NCBI GenBank assembly: GCA_037443945.1
Contig: JBBINH010000001.1
Location: 5,965 to 69,964, forward strand
Direction: 5' to 3'
Length of the DNA: 64,000 nucleotides
Source of the DNA: Caldilineales bacterium
GTDB lineage: Bacteria > Chloroflexota > Anaerolineae > J102
The notes beneath the pieces were generated by a model. That model made no database searches. It worked only from the letters and a program-made list of their open reading frames with translations, and had not been told where the DNA came from. The position numbers were made by a program, and so were the translations under genes. Below, one piece after another: positions 36,806 to 48,305 of this stretch (position 1 is the stretch's first letter; each line of letters opens with the position of its first letter).

Positions 36806-36945
36806 GGCATGAAACGACTATTACACGAATCTTGTAGATTATAAGCAATGGACTTGATTCTTGGTGTTATATGTGATTTTTTGGTATTTAGATCGGATCT
36901 TGGCGAAGTTGTGATCTGCAGCGATGCCAATCCGGGCAACGACGG

Positions 36946-38349
36946 CTAAAACTTATCGGCGCCGAGGAGGGCGCGGGCCTGACCGATCTGCGCCAGGACG
37001 GCGGCGCGGGCCGTGCCGCCCGGTGCCGTCCGCTGTTCGACCGAACGCTCGAAGTCCCATACCTGCAACGCTTCCGCATCAAAGGCGGGATGGATGCGCT
37101 GTAGCGTGGCCAGATCGAGGTCCCGCAGCGAGCATTGGCGGAATTCGGCTTCGCGCACGACTTCGCCGACGATGGCATGGCTCTGGCGGAAGGGAATGCC
37201 GCGCCGGACCAACCAATCGGCCAGATCGGTGGCCAGCATGTCGTCGCGCAAGGCCGCCGCCATGCGTTCGGGTTGGGGCTGCATCGTCGCCAGGGCGCCG
37301 GTCAAGACCGGTAAGGTCAATTGCAAGGTGTCCACGGCGTCGAACAACCGCTCCTTATCCTCTTGCAGGTCCTTGTTATAGCCGGCTGGCAAGCCCTTGA
37401 GCGTGGTCAGCAGCCCGGTCAGATGACCGATGAGCCTACCGCTTTTGCCGCGGGCCAGCTCGAAGGCATCGGGGTTCTTCTTCTGCGGCATCAGGCTGGA
37501 GCCGGTCGTATAGGCATCGGCGAGGACGACAAAGCCCAGGCTGGGATTCGAGAAGAGGATCAGGTCCTCGCTTAGTCGGCTGAGATGGACCCCCAACAAC
37601 GCCGCCCAAAACAAAAACTCGGCCACGAAGTCGCGGTCGCCGACGGCGTCGATGCTGTTGGGGCTGATCTGGCTAAAGCCCAATCGTTCGGCCAGCTTAT
37701 GACGATCGATTGGCAGCGGTGTCCCGGCCAGCGCGCCTGCACCCAACGGCAACACATCCAGCCGCCGTCTCAGATCGGCCAGCCGATCCCAATCGCGCTG
37801 TAACATCCAGAAATAGCTGAGCAACCAGTGGCTAAAGCGGACGGGTTGCGCCGGCTGGAAGTGGGTATAGCCGGGCATGATCAGGTCGATGTAGTGCTCG
37901 GCCAGATCGACCAGGGTCATCTGCATCGCATTGAGCTGCTCTTCCAGCTCGTGGATGACCTGGCGCAGATAGAGGCGCAGATCGGTGGCGACCTGGTCGT
38001 TGCGACTGCGACCGGTGTGCAGTTTACCGGCTATCGGCCCGATCAGCTCGTGGAGTCGTCGCTCCACGGCCGTATGGATGTCCTCGTCGTCGGGTTTGAT
38101 CTCGAAACGACCGCTCATCCATTCCTCCAGCACCCGGTCCAAACCCCAGACGATTCGGCGCAACTCGTCGGCCGTAAGGATGCCGGCTTCGAACAGGGCT
38201 TCGGCGTAGGCCTGGGAGCCGAGGATATCGGCCTGGCACAGACGTTTGTCAAAGCCGATGGAGTTGTTGAATTGGGCCATGAGGGGGTCAGTATCGCCGC
38301 GAAAGCGACCGCCCCAGAGTCTACCGCTCACGGTTGTATCACCTCGCAC
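36946..38349 (-). CDS. argH: argininosuccinate lyase
   Basis: LWGGRF, HTGRSRNDQVATD, PGYTH, GSSLMPQKKNPD; start could be GTG 38331. Confidence 0.95.
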   Translation of the reverse strand: MRGDTTVSGRLWGGRFRGDTDPLMAQFNNSIGFDKRLCQADILGSQAYAEALFEAGILTADELRRIVWGLDRVLEEWMSGRFEIKPDDEDIHTAVERRLHELIGPIAGKLHTGRSRNDQVATDLRLYLRQVIHELEEQLNAMQMTLVDLAEHYIDLIMPGYTHFQPAQPVRFSHWLLSYFWMLQRDWDRLADLRRRLDVLPLGAGALAGTPLPIDRHKLAERLGFSQISPNSIDAVGDRDFVAEFLFWAALLGVHLSRLSEDLILFSNPSLGFVVLADAYTTGSSLMPQKKNPDAFELARGKSGRLIGHLTGLLTTLKGLPAGYNKDLQEDKERLFDAVDTLQLTLPVLTGALATMQPQPERMAAALRDDMLATDLADWLVRRGIPFRQSHAIVGEVVREAEFRQCSLRDLDLATLQRIHPAFDAEALQVWDFERSVEQRTAPGGTARAAVLAQIGQARALLGADKF

Positions 38350-38411
38350 AGGGGGATAGCCGATCGGTCAGGTCTTGAGCACGTCGGATGGTCATAGGAG
38401 GGCCGGGATGT

Positions 38412-39374
<963 letters not shown>

Positions 39375-39587
39375 GGCGGTCTCCTCGACGGAAACGAAAG
39401 GCGGTAACGGCTTCTCCGCAACGCGAGTCGTTACCGCACCGGGGTGATGCACAGCACGGTTGACCTATTCTAGCACACGTTTCCGCCCAGGGCGCAGATC
39501 CATCCCCCTCTTATAGGCCACGGATCGGGTAGATTGCCCTAAGTTGATGCGATAGATGAGATTCCGCTTGAATTCAAGCAAACGATG

Positions 39588-41237
39588 TTATTCGAGTTTT
39601 TGTGTCTTTTCGCCCAATGAGCGACTCCTTTTTTGCCATAAACGCTTGATCTGTTCCCAGGCGTGCCGGGCGCGTTCGGCCTCCACCTCATCGACCGGCT
39701 GCAAACCGTAGCGGGCATGGAGAAAACTTGTCGTCAGTTCGTGCAGGTCGGCTTCGACCTGGGGCCAATGTCGGCGCAGGGTTTGCTCGTATTCGAGCGG
39801 CGTCTGATGGGGCCGCCGCGCGGTTCCCAACTCGCCTGCCCGTTTGACCGCCCGCAGATAAAAGTAGCGCGTGCGATTGGTGGGCGAAAGCCCGCGCAAC
39901 CGGATGTAGCGCCAAACGGCCGTCGTTGTCGTGCTTATCGGCCTCGGTTGGCGGCGGTCTCGCCGGGGTCGACGGCCTCGGATGTTGCGCAGGGGAATCC
40001 GGGGTAGCCGTAGTCGCCTCCACCAGGCCCAACGCGGCCCAAAATCCGCACCCCAACGGCGGGCATAGATGAGCAGAAAATAGCCCGTGGTCAGCAGCAA
40101 CAGGAGCCAGAAGAAGCCGACTCCGATCCAGGCCGGCATCCTAGCCCAGGTGAAGGCCGGCGGCGATACGGCGGCATCTAAGGGGTGTAACTCGGGTGGA
40201 GGCACCGGCGTGGTTTCCGGTGAGAACAGGTTGAGGACCAGCGCTATCAGCAGGGCCATCAGGCCCACAACCAGGGTAACCAGCAGGATGGCGACCCGGA
40301 TCAGGGCCAGGAGCACGGCGGCCAACCCGAAGGTGGAGCCGAGGGGCAACAGCAAGGCCAGGATGACCACCACCAGGATGACGGCAGTGGCATAGCGATG
40401 CCAGCGGGCCACCACCCGGTCACCGCCCGGCACGCCTTCGTAGTGCCAGCGCGCCCGTAACAGGGCCAGTCGTCCTTGGCTGAAGAGGAGCAGCCCTGTC
40501 AGCACATAGCCCACCAGCGCCAGCACCGCCGTGGGTGTCAGGTCTTGCCCATGCCGGCGCCACCATCCGGGTTCGCCCATCCGCTCCGCGCCTCGGCTCA
40601 AGGCTACGCAGATGAGCACGACCACGCCGCCCAGCATCCAGGTTTCGCCGAAGGCCTCCAGCAGGGCCTGGCGATCGGGCGGCGATGCCTGCACCCAACC
40701 GCGCACCTGACCAAGCCGGTCGTAAGCGACCAGCTCGTCCGGCCGCAAGCCCAGGTCCAGAACGTTCGTGGCCGCAGCGGTAGCAAAGCGCCAGACGATG
40801 ACCAGCATCAACCCGCCAAGGACGAAGGGCAGGTCAAAAAAGGTGAAGGGATTCAGAAACCAGGCCTGCCAGGTGGCGGCATCGAGGCGTTGGTCGAAGA
40901 CGAACCAGCTCAACAGGCGCCACGCGACCAGCGCCACCACCGGCTCGCTGACCTCCAGGCTCCAGCGGCGCCATGGGCGTCGCCGGGGGTGGGCCAGCCA
41001 GTACCGGGTATAGACCCCCTGCACCACCGTCAGGATCCCCAACGGCCACAGCCAGAGCAAACGACGGTCGTCCAGCAAGGCGAGCAGAAGCTCACCCATC
41101 CCCTGCCACAAACAGAGGGCCAGAACGATGATCAACACAGGCCGACCGATAGCCTGTCGCCAGGCCTCATCATGCCGGTCTGCCGCTGCGTGGAGGGTTG
41201 CGGGTTGCGAAGGGGAAGCGGATGGGCTCATGGTCAA
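39588..41237 (-). CDS. DUF4129-domain membrane protein
   Basis: Multiple TM helices; C-terminal RYFYL..TPLEY..LTTSFLHARYG. Confidence 0.8.
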   Translation of the reverse strand: MTMSPSASPSQPATLHAAADRHDEAWRQAIGRPVLIIVLALCLWQGMGELLLALLDDRRLLWLWPLGILTVVQGVYTRYWLAHPRRRPWRRWSLEVSEPVVALVAWRLLSWFVFDQRLDAATWQAWFLNPFTFFDLPFVLGGLMLVIVWRFATAAATNVLDLGLRPDELVAYDRLGQVRGWVQASPPDRQALLEAFGETWMLGGVVVLICVALSRGAERMGEPGWWRRHGQDLTPTAVLALVGYVLTGLLLFSQGRLALLRARWHYEGVPGGDRVVARWHRYATAVILVVVILALLLPLGSTFGLAAVLLALIRVAILLVTLVVGLMALLIALVLNLFSPETTPVPPPELHPLDAAVSPPAFTWARMPAWIGVGFFWLLLLLTTGYFLLIYARRWGADFGPRWAWWRRLRLPRIPLRNIRGRRPRRDRRQPRPISTTTTAVWRYIRLRGLSPTNRTRYFYLRAVKRAGELGTARRPHQTPLEYEQTLRRHWPQVEADLHELTTSFLHARYGLQPVDEVEAERARHAWEQIKRLWQKRSRSLGEKTQKLE

Positions 41238-41304
41238 GGCTGCAAGAGCGTGTGTTGGACAGCCGGTTTCATCATAGGGCAGCAGGTGGCGCCTGTCAAC
41301 GCCG

Positions 41305-41351
41305 GGGCGGCCGGGCGGCCCCCTCGACCGGCCGGGGCCGCCCGGCCGCCC
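41305..41351. repeat. perfect 18-bp GC-rich inverted repeat
   Basis: GGGCGGCCGGGCGGCCCC (41305-41322) / GGGGCCGCCCGGCCGCCC (41334-41351). Confidence 0.85.
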
Positions 41352-41561
41352 TTTGTCCCACCGCCTGGCGACAGCCTCCGCTTGTTCTTGAGACCCTTTT
41401 GACGCAACGCGTCATTGCTGCTAAAATAGCCTTGATCCGGCGACGGCATGACCGCCGGGTCCGACCGGATCGAGGATCGATGTGATTCCGCAACTGCCGG
41501 ATGACGAGCGGCCGCTTTGGGTTATCGTCCCGGCGCCCTGCTTTTCCCTGAGGCGTCGACT

Positions 41562-42695
41562 ATGCTCAACTTCATGCTTTCGCCCGAACAAAAGATGCTG
41601 CGCGAGCTGGCGCACGAATTCGCCGAGAAGGAAATCAAACCGGTGGCCGAATACTACGACCGCCACGATGAATTCCCCTGGCCCGTTATCTGGAAAGCCC
41701 AGGAAAACGGACTCTTCAGTGTCAACATCCCCGAGGCGTACGGCGGCCCCGGTATGAGCCTGCTGGAGGAGTGTATCCTGAACGAAGAGCTGGCCTGGGC
41801 CTGTTCGGGGATTCAGACCTCGCTCATGCTCAACTCGCTGGCCGCCTTGCCCATTCTCATCGCCGGCAACGAAGACCAGAAGCGCAGGTACCTCACCCGT
41901 ATGGCGGCCGGCACCATGGCGGCGTATTGTGTTACAGAACCGGGCGCCGGCTCGGATGTGGCCGGGATCAAGACCTTTGCCGAACGCCGTGGGGATCGCT
42001 ATATCCTCAACGGCACCAAGACCTGGATTACGAACGGGCCCGTAGCCGATATCTTTGTCGTCTTTGCCAAAACCGATCGGGAGGCGCGCCACGAGGGCAT
42101 CAGCGCTTTCATCGTCGAGCGAGCATGGGGGGTCAAAACGGGGAAGCCGCTGCCCAAGATGGGCCAACATGCCTCCAAGACAAGCGAGGTCTTTTTCGAA
42201 GACGTCGAAGTGCCCGTCGAAAACCGTCTCGGCCCGGAGGGATCCGGTTTTCTGACGGCGATGAAAGTCTTCGATAGCTCGCGACCGGCCGTGGCCGCCG
42301 CCGCGGTGGGTGTGGCGCGGCGGGCCTTCGAAGAAGCGACGGCCTATGCCAAGACACGCATGGCCTACGGCAAGCCGATCATCGCCCAGCAGGGTGTCAG
42401 CTTTATGCTGGCCGATATGGCCATGAACATCGAGGCCGGCCGCTTGTTGGCCTATCAGGCCGCCTGGCTCCTCGACAACGGCTATCCCAACACGATGCAG
42501 GCTGCTTATGCCAAAGCCTTCTGCGCCGACATGTGCATGAAGGTGACGACCGACGCCGTGCAGGTCTTCGGTGGCTACGGCTATAGCCAGGAATATCCGG
42601 TGGAAAAGCTGATGCGCGATGCCAAGATTTACCAGATTTACGAGGGTACCAGCCAGGTGATGCGCCACATCATCGCCCGCGAACTGTCGCGCTAG
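41562..42695 (+). CDS. acyl-CoA dehydrogenase
   Basis: AYCVTEPGAGSD, GTKTWITNG, QVFGGYGY, RDAKIYQIYEGT. Confidence 0.95.
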   Translation: MLNFMLSPEQKMLRELAHEFAEKEIKPVAEYYDRHDEFPWPVIWKAQENGLFSVNIPEAYGGPGMSLLEECILNEELAWACSGIQTSLMLNSLAALPILIAGNEDQKRRYLTRMAAGTMAAYCVTEPGAGSDVAGIKTFAERRGDRYILNGTKTWITNGPVADIFVVFAKTDREARHEGISAFIVERAWGVKTGKPLPKMGQHASKTSEVFFEDVEVPVENRLGPEGSGFLTAMKVFDSSRPAVAAAAVGVARRAFEEATAYAKTRMAYGKPIIAQQGVSFMLADMAMNIEAGRLLAYQAAWLLDNGYPNTMQAAYAKAFCADMCMKVTTDAVQVFGGYGYSQEYPVEKLMRDAKIYQIYEGTSQVMRHIIARELSR

Positions 42696-42995
42696 ATCGG
42701 GCGCCCCGGATCGGCAGGTCATCGGCCGCACCGGTTCCGCATCGACGAACACAGGGCAGGCTTTTGGCCGCAATCTCCCCAGAGCCTGCCCTCCTTGTGT
42801 GGCCGCGGGCGACGACGGCCGGATGGGGTTGTCCGTTTGGTGCCAGCGCATCGTATCCATACAATACCGGTACCTATCCGCTTCAGGCCCCGTTGAGTCG
42901 GGCGCGATTTGGCGATCCCGCCTTCGGGTTCGGATGGGTCTGGCTGCGGATTCCGGCATGGATTCGTTACGATTTCGCGCTTTGTCAGTGTTCTC

Positions 42996-43691
42996 GTGAT
43001 TCCTCTGCAAGACACCGTCCGCTCGCGTTCGTTGCCCCTGGTCAATTGGGCGTTGATCGCGGCCAACATTGTCGTTTTCTTTTTGATGGTCTCGGCTGGC
43101 CGTGGGGCCGAACGACTCACTATGGCTTTGGGCATTGTACCGGCGCGCTTATTGGCCGGCGACGAGCCTTGGGGCTGGCTGACCCTGGTCACCTCAATGT
43201 TTCTGCATGGCGGATGGGCCCATTTGTTCAGCAACGTTCTGGCCCTGTACATCTTCGGCGATAACGTCGAGGACCGACTGGGTAGTGGTCGGTATGTGGT
43301 GCTGTATTTGATGTCCGGCCTGGCGGCAGGCATCGTCCACATCGCTTTCAATCCCAACTCGACCATCCCGGCCATCGGTGCCAGCGGAGCCATTAGCGGG
43401 GTATTGGCGGCCTATTTCCTCTTCTTTCCCACGGCCCGTGTGATCACCCTGGTGCCGTTGTTCTTCTTGCCCTGGTTTGTGGAGATCCCGGCCGTCCTTT
43501 ATCTGGGTTTTTGGTTCGTTTCGCAATTGCTCAACGGCGTCCTCAGCATCGTCGTCGATGCCCAGGCTCTGGGCGGCGTTGCCTGGTGGGCCCATGTGGG
43601 CGGTTTTGCGGCCGGACTCGTCCTGGCGCCAATCCTCAAACGCCGCCGCTACATCCGCCGCGTCTACCTCGACGAGTATTTCCCCTGGTGA
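42996..43691 (+). CDS. rhomboid intramembrane serine protease
   Basis: MFLHGGWAH, GASG catalytic Ser, WAHVGGF catalytic His; GTG start inferred. Confidence 0.92.
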   Translation: MIPLQDTVRSRSLPLVNWALIAANIVVFFLMVSAGRGAERLTMALGIVPARLLAGDEPWGWLTLVTSMFLHGGWAHLFSNVLALYIFGDNVEDRLGSGRYVVLYLMSGLAAGIVHIAFNPNSTIPAIGASGAISGVLAAYFLFFPTARVITLVPLFFLPWFVEIPAVLYLGFWFVSQLLNGVLSIVVDAQALGGVAWWAHVGGFAAGLVLAPILKRRRYIRRVYLDEYFPW

Positions 43692-43742
43692 GGGGAACGT
43701 TGGCACATGCAAACGTTCTGACTTTCAACGTTTTGATGTTCT

Positions 43743-44585
43743 ATGGACTTTTTCGCCCTTATCTGGTTGTTTTTCATCATATCGTCCCTGCAGCCGATCA
43801 TCCAGCAGAAGATGCTGGAAATGGAGCGCTTGCGCCTTTTGGAGCGCCTGGAGAAACGACGCAATAGCCGTGTGATCGTGCTCATTCACCGCCAGGAAAC
43901 CCTGAGCCTGCTGGGCTTTCCGCTGGTGCGCTATATCACCATCGAGGACTCCGAGGCCGTGCTGCGGGCGATCAAGATGACCGACAAAGACATCCCCATC
44001 GACCTGGTCCTGCATACGCCCGGTGGGCTTGTCCTGGCATCCGAACAGATCGCCCACGCCCTCCGGCGCCATCCGGCCAAGGTCACCGTGTTCGTTCCGC
44101 ATTACGCCATGTCGGGCGGCACCCTCATCGCCCTGGCTGCCGACGAGATCGTCATGGACGAAAACGCCGTTCTGGGGCCGGTCGATCCGCAGTTGGGCCA
44201 GCACCCGGCGGCCTCTGTGCTCAAGGTGTTGGAGCGTAAGCCTATCCATGAGATCGACGATGAGACGATCATCATGGCCGACATTGCCGAAAAAGCCCTG
44301 CGGCAGGTCAAGGCCACGGTGAGCGAGCTGCTGCAGGACAAAATGACCGCCGAGCAGGCCGAGAGGGTGGCAACGATGCTGGTCACAGGCACCTGGACCC
44401 ACGATTATCCCATCACGGTGGCGGAAGCCCGTGCTCTCGGTTTGACCGTCAGCACCGATATGCCGGAGGAAATCTACCGGTTGATGGCGCTCTATCCGCA
44501 AACGGCGCAACGCCGGCCCTCGGTCGAATACATCCCCTTGCCGCGCTCGCGCGAACCGGAACCGGGCCGCCGTGCTCGTCCCTGA
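43743..44585 (+). CDS. SDH_sah / ClpP-crotonase-like serine protease (DUF114)
   Basis: [36 protein letters not shown]. Confidence 0.88.
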   Translation: MDFFALIWLFFIISSLQPIIQQKMLEMERLRLLERLEKRRNSRVIVLIHRQETLSLLGFPLVRYITIEDSEAVLRAIKMTDKDIPIDLVLHTPGGLVLASEQIAHALRRHPAKVTVFVPHYAMSGGTLIALAADEIVMDENAVLGPVDPQLGQHPAASVLKVLERKPIHEIDDETIIMADIAEKALRQVKATVSELLQDKMTAEQAERVATMLVTGTWTHDYPITVAEARALGLTVSTDMPEEIYRLMALYPQTAQRRPSVEYIPLPRSREPEPGRRARP

Positions 44586-44602
44586 AGGGCCAAGGTCACT
44601 CC

Positions 44603-45439
44603 ATGCCAACCATTGGCCATGCCCAGCCTATGACCGGCATCACTCCGCTTGCTTCCACATTTGCCCGTGCTAAGGCCGAAGGCCGGGCCGCCTTCATGCC
44701 GTATTGGCCGGTAGGTTACCCTGATCTGGACACGAGTCGGGCCATTTTCGCCGATCTGGTCGCGGCTGGCGCCGACCTGATCGAGGTCGGCATCCCCTTT
44801 TCCGACCCTCTGGCCGACGGTCCTACCATCCAGGCGGCCACGCAGCAGGCCCTGGCCCATGGGGTAACCCCGGCCGTATGTCTGGAGACCGTGCGCAACC
44901 TGCGCGAACGCGGGGTGACGGTGCCCCTGGTGCTCATGGGCTATCTCAACCCCATCCTGGCCTACGGTAGCGCGCGGTTTGTGGCCGCGGCGGCTGCCGC
45001 CGGCGCCGATGGCCTGATCATCCCCGATCTCCCTCCCGACGAGGCGGCCGCGATCGAGACCGCCTGCGCCGAACACGACCTGGCCTTTATCTGCCTGGTC
45101 GCACCCACCAGCACCCCCGAACGCATCGCCCTTGCTGCCGCCCACAGTCGCGGTTTTCTGTATCTGGTCAGTGTCACCGGCATCACCGGCGCCCGCGCCG
45201 AGTTGCCGCCGCATCTGACCGAGTTCGTAGGCCGTGTTCGGCAGCATACCGATCTGCCCCTGGCCGTCGGTTTCGGCATCAGCACCCCGGCTCAGGCGGC
45301 TGCCGTGGCAGCCCTTGCCGACGGCGTCATCGTGGGCAGCGCGCTCATCCGTCAGGCCAACGGCCCTGACCCACGGTCGGCCGTGGCGGCATTGGCAACG
45401 TCCCTGGCCCAGGCCGTCCATCGCCCGCGTCATGCCTGA
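44603..45439 (+). CDS. trpA: tryptophan synthase alpha chain
   Basis: [46 protein letters not shown]; start may be ATG 44630. Confidence 0.95.
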   Translation: MPTIGHAQPMTGITPLASTFARAKAEGRAAFMPYWPVGYPDLDTSRAIFADLVAAGADLIEVGIPFSDPLADGPTIQAATQQALAHGVTPAVCLETVRNLRERGVTVPLVLMGYLNPILAYGSARFVAAAAAAGADGLIIPDLPPDEAAAIETACAEHDLAFICLVAPTSTPERIALAAAHSRGFLYLVSVTGITGARAELPPHLTEFVGRVRQHTDLPLAVGFGISTPAQAAAVAALADGVIVGSALIRQANGPDPRSAVAALATSLAQAVHRPRHA

Positions 45440-46220
45440 GCGCCTTGCCCTGCGCCCGCCGCTGAAATGGGCCGGCGGCAAGCGCTGGCTCGTGCCTCAT
45501 CTGCAGCCGCTGTGGCAGCCCCATCGACACCGCCGCTTGGTCGAGCCCTTTTGCGGCGGGCTGGCCGTGACCCTGGGCCTGCTTCCGGAGCGGGCTTTGC
45601 TTAACGACGCCAATCCCCATCTCATCAACTTTTATCGCTGGCTGCAACGGGGCCTGGTCATCACCTGGGCGATGCGCAACGAGCGCGAGGACTATTACAA
45701 CGCCCGGGCGCGTTTCAATCAGCTCATCCGGGAGGGACAATGGCAAAGCGCCGAAGCCGCCGGTCTGTTTTACTACCTGAACCGCACAGGCTATAACGGC
45801 CTGTGTCGCTTCAATCAGGCCGGTTTTTTCAACGTGCCCTTTGGTCGTTACCGCACCATTGCCTACGAATACGATTTCCGGACCTATCAACCGCTGCTCG
45901 GCCGCTGGGAGTTCACCGCCGTGCGTTTTACCGAGCTGCCGGTGGTCGCCGATGATTTCATCTATGCCGACCCTCCCTACGACGTGGAATTCACCCAGTA
46001 TGCCGCCGGTGGTTTTGGCTGGAACGACCAGGTCGAGCTGGCCGAATGGCTGGCCCGGCATCCGGGGCCGGTGGTCGCCTCGAATCAGGCCACGGAGCGG
46101 ATCGTCCGGTTGTACGAGAGCCTGGGTTTTACCCTGCAGTTCTTGACCGCACCCCGGCGGATCAGTTGCACCGGTGAGCGCCGTCCGGCGCAGGAGATGC
46201 TGGCCTGGCGAGGGTTATGA
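45432..46220 (+). CDS. dam: Dam-family DNA adenine methyltransferase (orphan)
   Basis: [34 protein letters not shown]. Confidence 0.9.
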   Translation: MPERLALRPPLKWAGGKRWLVPHLQPLWQPHRHRRLVEPFCGGLAVTLGLLPERALLNDANPHLINFYRWLQRGLVITWAMRNEREDYYNARARFNQLIREGQWQSAEAAGLFYYLNRTGYNGLCRFNQAGFFNVPFGRYRTIAYEYDFRTYQPLLGRWEFTAVRFTELPVVADDFIYADPPYDVEFTQYAAGGFGWNDQVELAEWLARHPGPVVASNQATERIVRLYESLGFTLQFLTAPRRISCTGERRPAQEMLAWRGL

Positions 46221-46244
46221 GGCAGCCCGTCCGGCTTGTGGTCT

Positions 46245-48305
46245 TCAGGGCGCTGCCGGCGGGGGCTGATCGACCTTGAAGACCTCCAGGCGGCGGTGGG
46301 GACATTCCGGTGTGGCCAGGGTGCCCGTATCGGCGCAAATCTCCAGCTCGACCACATCGGCCGGTCGCCTAAACGGGACCACCGGCAGGCCCTCGTGGGC
46401 GCGGCGCATGAACTGATGCCAGATGGGGGCGGCCACCACAGCCCCGCTCGCCTCTGCTTGCATGGGCGTGTTGTCGGGGTTGCCCACCCAGACACCGGCC
46501 ACCAGGGTGGGCGTATAGCCCACGGCCCAGGCGTCGCGAAAGTCGTCGGTCGTGCCTGTTTTGATGGCGGACGGCCGATCGGGCAGTTCCATCCAGCGGG
46601 CGACACCGGCGAAAGCCGGCCTGCGCGCCTCCGGGTCGCTGAGGATGGAGGTGATCAGATAAGCATGGGCCGGCGCCATCACCGGTTGTCGGAACGGTTG
46701 GCTTTCATCGATCAGCAGATTCCCGTCTGCATCGCGCACTCGTAGCAGCGGATGGGGTTGTACCCGCAAACCGCCGTTGGCAAAGGCGGCAAAGGCTGCC
46801 GTCATCTCCAACAGACTCACCTCACCGCCGCCCAGGGTCAGGGCCAGGCCATAATCGGGCCGCGTGAGCGTGGTAATCCCCAGCCGGGCGGCAACCTCCA
46901 CCAGAGCCGGGACGCCCACGTGTTGCAGCGCCTTGACGGCCGGGATGTTGTAGCTGTTGGCCAGGGCCGAACGCACGCTGACGGGACCGTGAAAGCGACC
47001 GTCGTAATTGCGGGGGCGGTAGGGAGGACGGCCGGGCCCGTCCGGGAAGACGGTCGGCTCGTCCACAAGGATGGTCGCCGGCGTCCAATAGTCGGGATGC
47101 TCAAAGGTCGCCAGGTAGGTCAGCGGTTTGATGGTGCTGCCCGTCTGGCGGGGGACGATGGCCATATTGACCTGCCCGCTTGCGGCGGCAAAATCGGGTG
47201 AGCCGACCATGGCCAGGATCTCGCCGGAATGGGGATCCAACGCCACCAACGCCAACCCTTCGACGCCGACGCCTCGCTCTCGCAAGAGGGCCGCTCCGGC
47301 CGCAACCGCCTGTTCCGCCAGCCGTTGCAAACGGCCGTCCAGCGTGGTTTGCACCTGCAAACCGCCTTTACTGACGATTTCGGGACCGAATTGCTCTTCC
47401 AGAACCTGCCGTACATAAAGCACGAAATGCGGCGCCGGCAAATCCTCCCGGCGTTGCGCCAGGATGGTCGCCGGAGGGCGGCCTTCCCATTCCTGCCAGG
47501 CTGCCGTGGCCTCCTGCGGACTTAGGAAGCCGTGTTCGACCATGAGACGCAGCACGTCGGCCTGTCGGGCCCGGGCGTCTTCCCAGCGCGTGTAGGGGTC
47601 ATACAGGGCCGGATATTGGGCAATGCCGGCGATAAGCGCTGCTTCGGCCAGGGTTAGATCGGCCGCCGCTTTGTTGAAATACGTCCGGGCCGCGGCCTCG
47701 GCCCCATAGGCCAGGTTGCCGTAGAAAATGTGATTGAGATAGATCTCGAGAATGGTATCCTTGTCGTAGCGTCGGCTGATCTCGATGGCCAGAATGGCTT
47801 CCTTGAGTTTGCGGCTCAGGGTTTTGTCGGCACCGAGATAAGTCAATTTGACCAGTTGCTGGGGGATGCCACTCCCGCCCGGCAACCGCGTATCGCGGCG
47901 CAGGGCGTAGTAGAGGGCTCGGACGACCCCCACCGGATCCACGCCGGCATGACGATAGAAATTGGGGTCTTCCGTCGCCAGCGTGGCATTGATGAGATAG
48001 GGACTGATGCTGCCCAAGGGGACCACCATGCGACGGCCGGCATCGCGCGGAAAAATTTCGTAGAGAAGGTAGCCATCCCGATCGTAAATCGCCGTGGATT
48101 TGAACGTATTGGCGCGATCGCGTAACTCTTGAGGCGAAGGCAGGGTCGCTGCCACCTGAGCATAGCCCCAGGCGATCAGACCGAGACCGGCAGACAACAG
48201 ACCGGCGCTCAGCAGCGTAGCCGCCACGAGGACGCGCAGGAGGTCGGCGACGGGCGAAGGCCTCGTCACCATCATGCCAGAGGATACACGCGTTGCGTTG
48301 GTCAT
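46245..48305 (-). CDS. class A penicillin-binding protein (transglycosylase/transpeptidase)
   Basis: TM anchor, EDPNFYRHAG, RKLKE, STIK, SYN and KTGT motifs. Confidence 0.92.
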   Translation of the reverse strand: MTNATRVSSGMMVTRPSPVADLLRVLVAATLLSAGLLSAGLGLIAWGYAQVAATLPSPQELRDRANTFKSTAIYDRDGYLLYEIFPRDAGRRMVVPLGSISPYLINATLATEDPNFYRHAGVDPVGVVRALYYALRRDTRLPGGSGIPQQLVKLTYLGADKTLSRKLKEAILAIEISRRYDKDTILEIYLNHIFYGNLAYGAEAAARTYFNKAAADLTLAEAALIAGIAQYPALYDPYTRWEDARARQADVLRLMVEHGFLSPQEATAAWQEWEGRPPATILAQRREDLPAPHFVLYVRQVLEEQFGPEIVSKGGLQVQTTLDGRLQRLAEQAVAAGAALLRERGVGVEGLALVALDPHSGEILAMVGSPDFAAASGQVNMAIVPRQTGSTIKPLTYLATFEHPDYWTPATILVDEPTVFPDGPGRPPYRPRNYDGRFHGPVSVRSALANSYNIPAVKALQHVGVPALVEVAARLGITTLTRPDYGLALTLGGGEVSLLEMTAAFAAFANGGLRVQPHPLLRVRDADGNLLIDESQPFRQPVMAPAHAYLITSILSDPEARRPAFAGVARWMELPDRPSAIKTGTTDDFRDAWAVGYTPTLVAGVWVGNPDNTPMQAEASGAVVAAPIWHQFMRRAHEGLPVVPFRRPADVVELEICADTGTLATPECPHRRLEVFKVDQPPPAAP

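Noticed and set aside
42696-42995. Possible ncRNA in the 300-bp gap before rhomboid (AGGGCAGGCT/AGCCTGCCCT stem)
   Set aside because: Only one clear stem, explicable as a terminator or stabiliser for the acyl-CoA dehydrogenase mRNA; no family motif recognised
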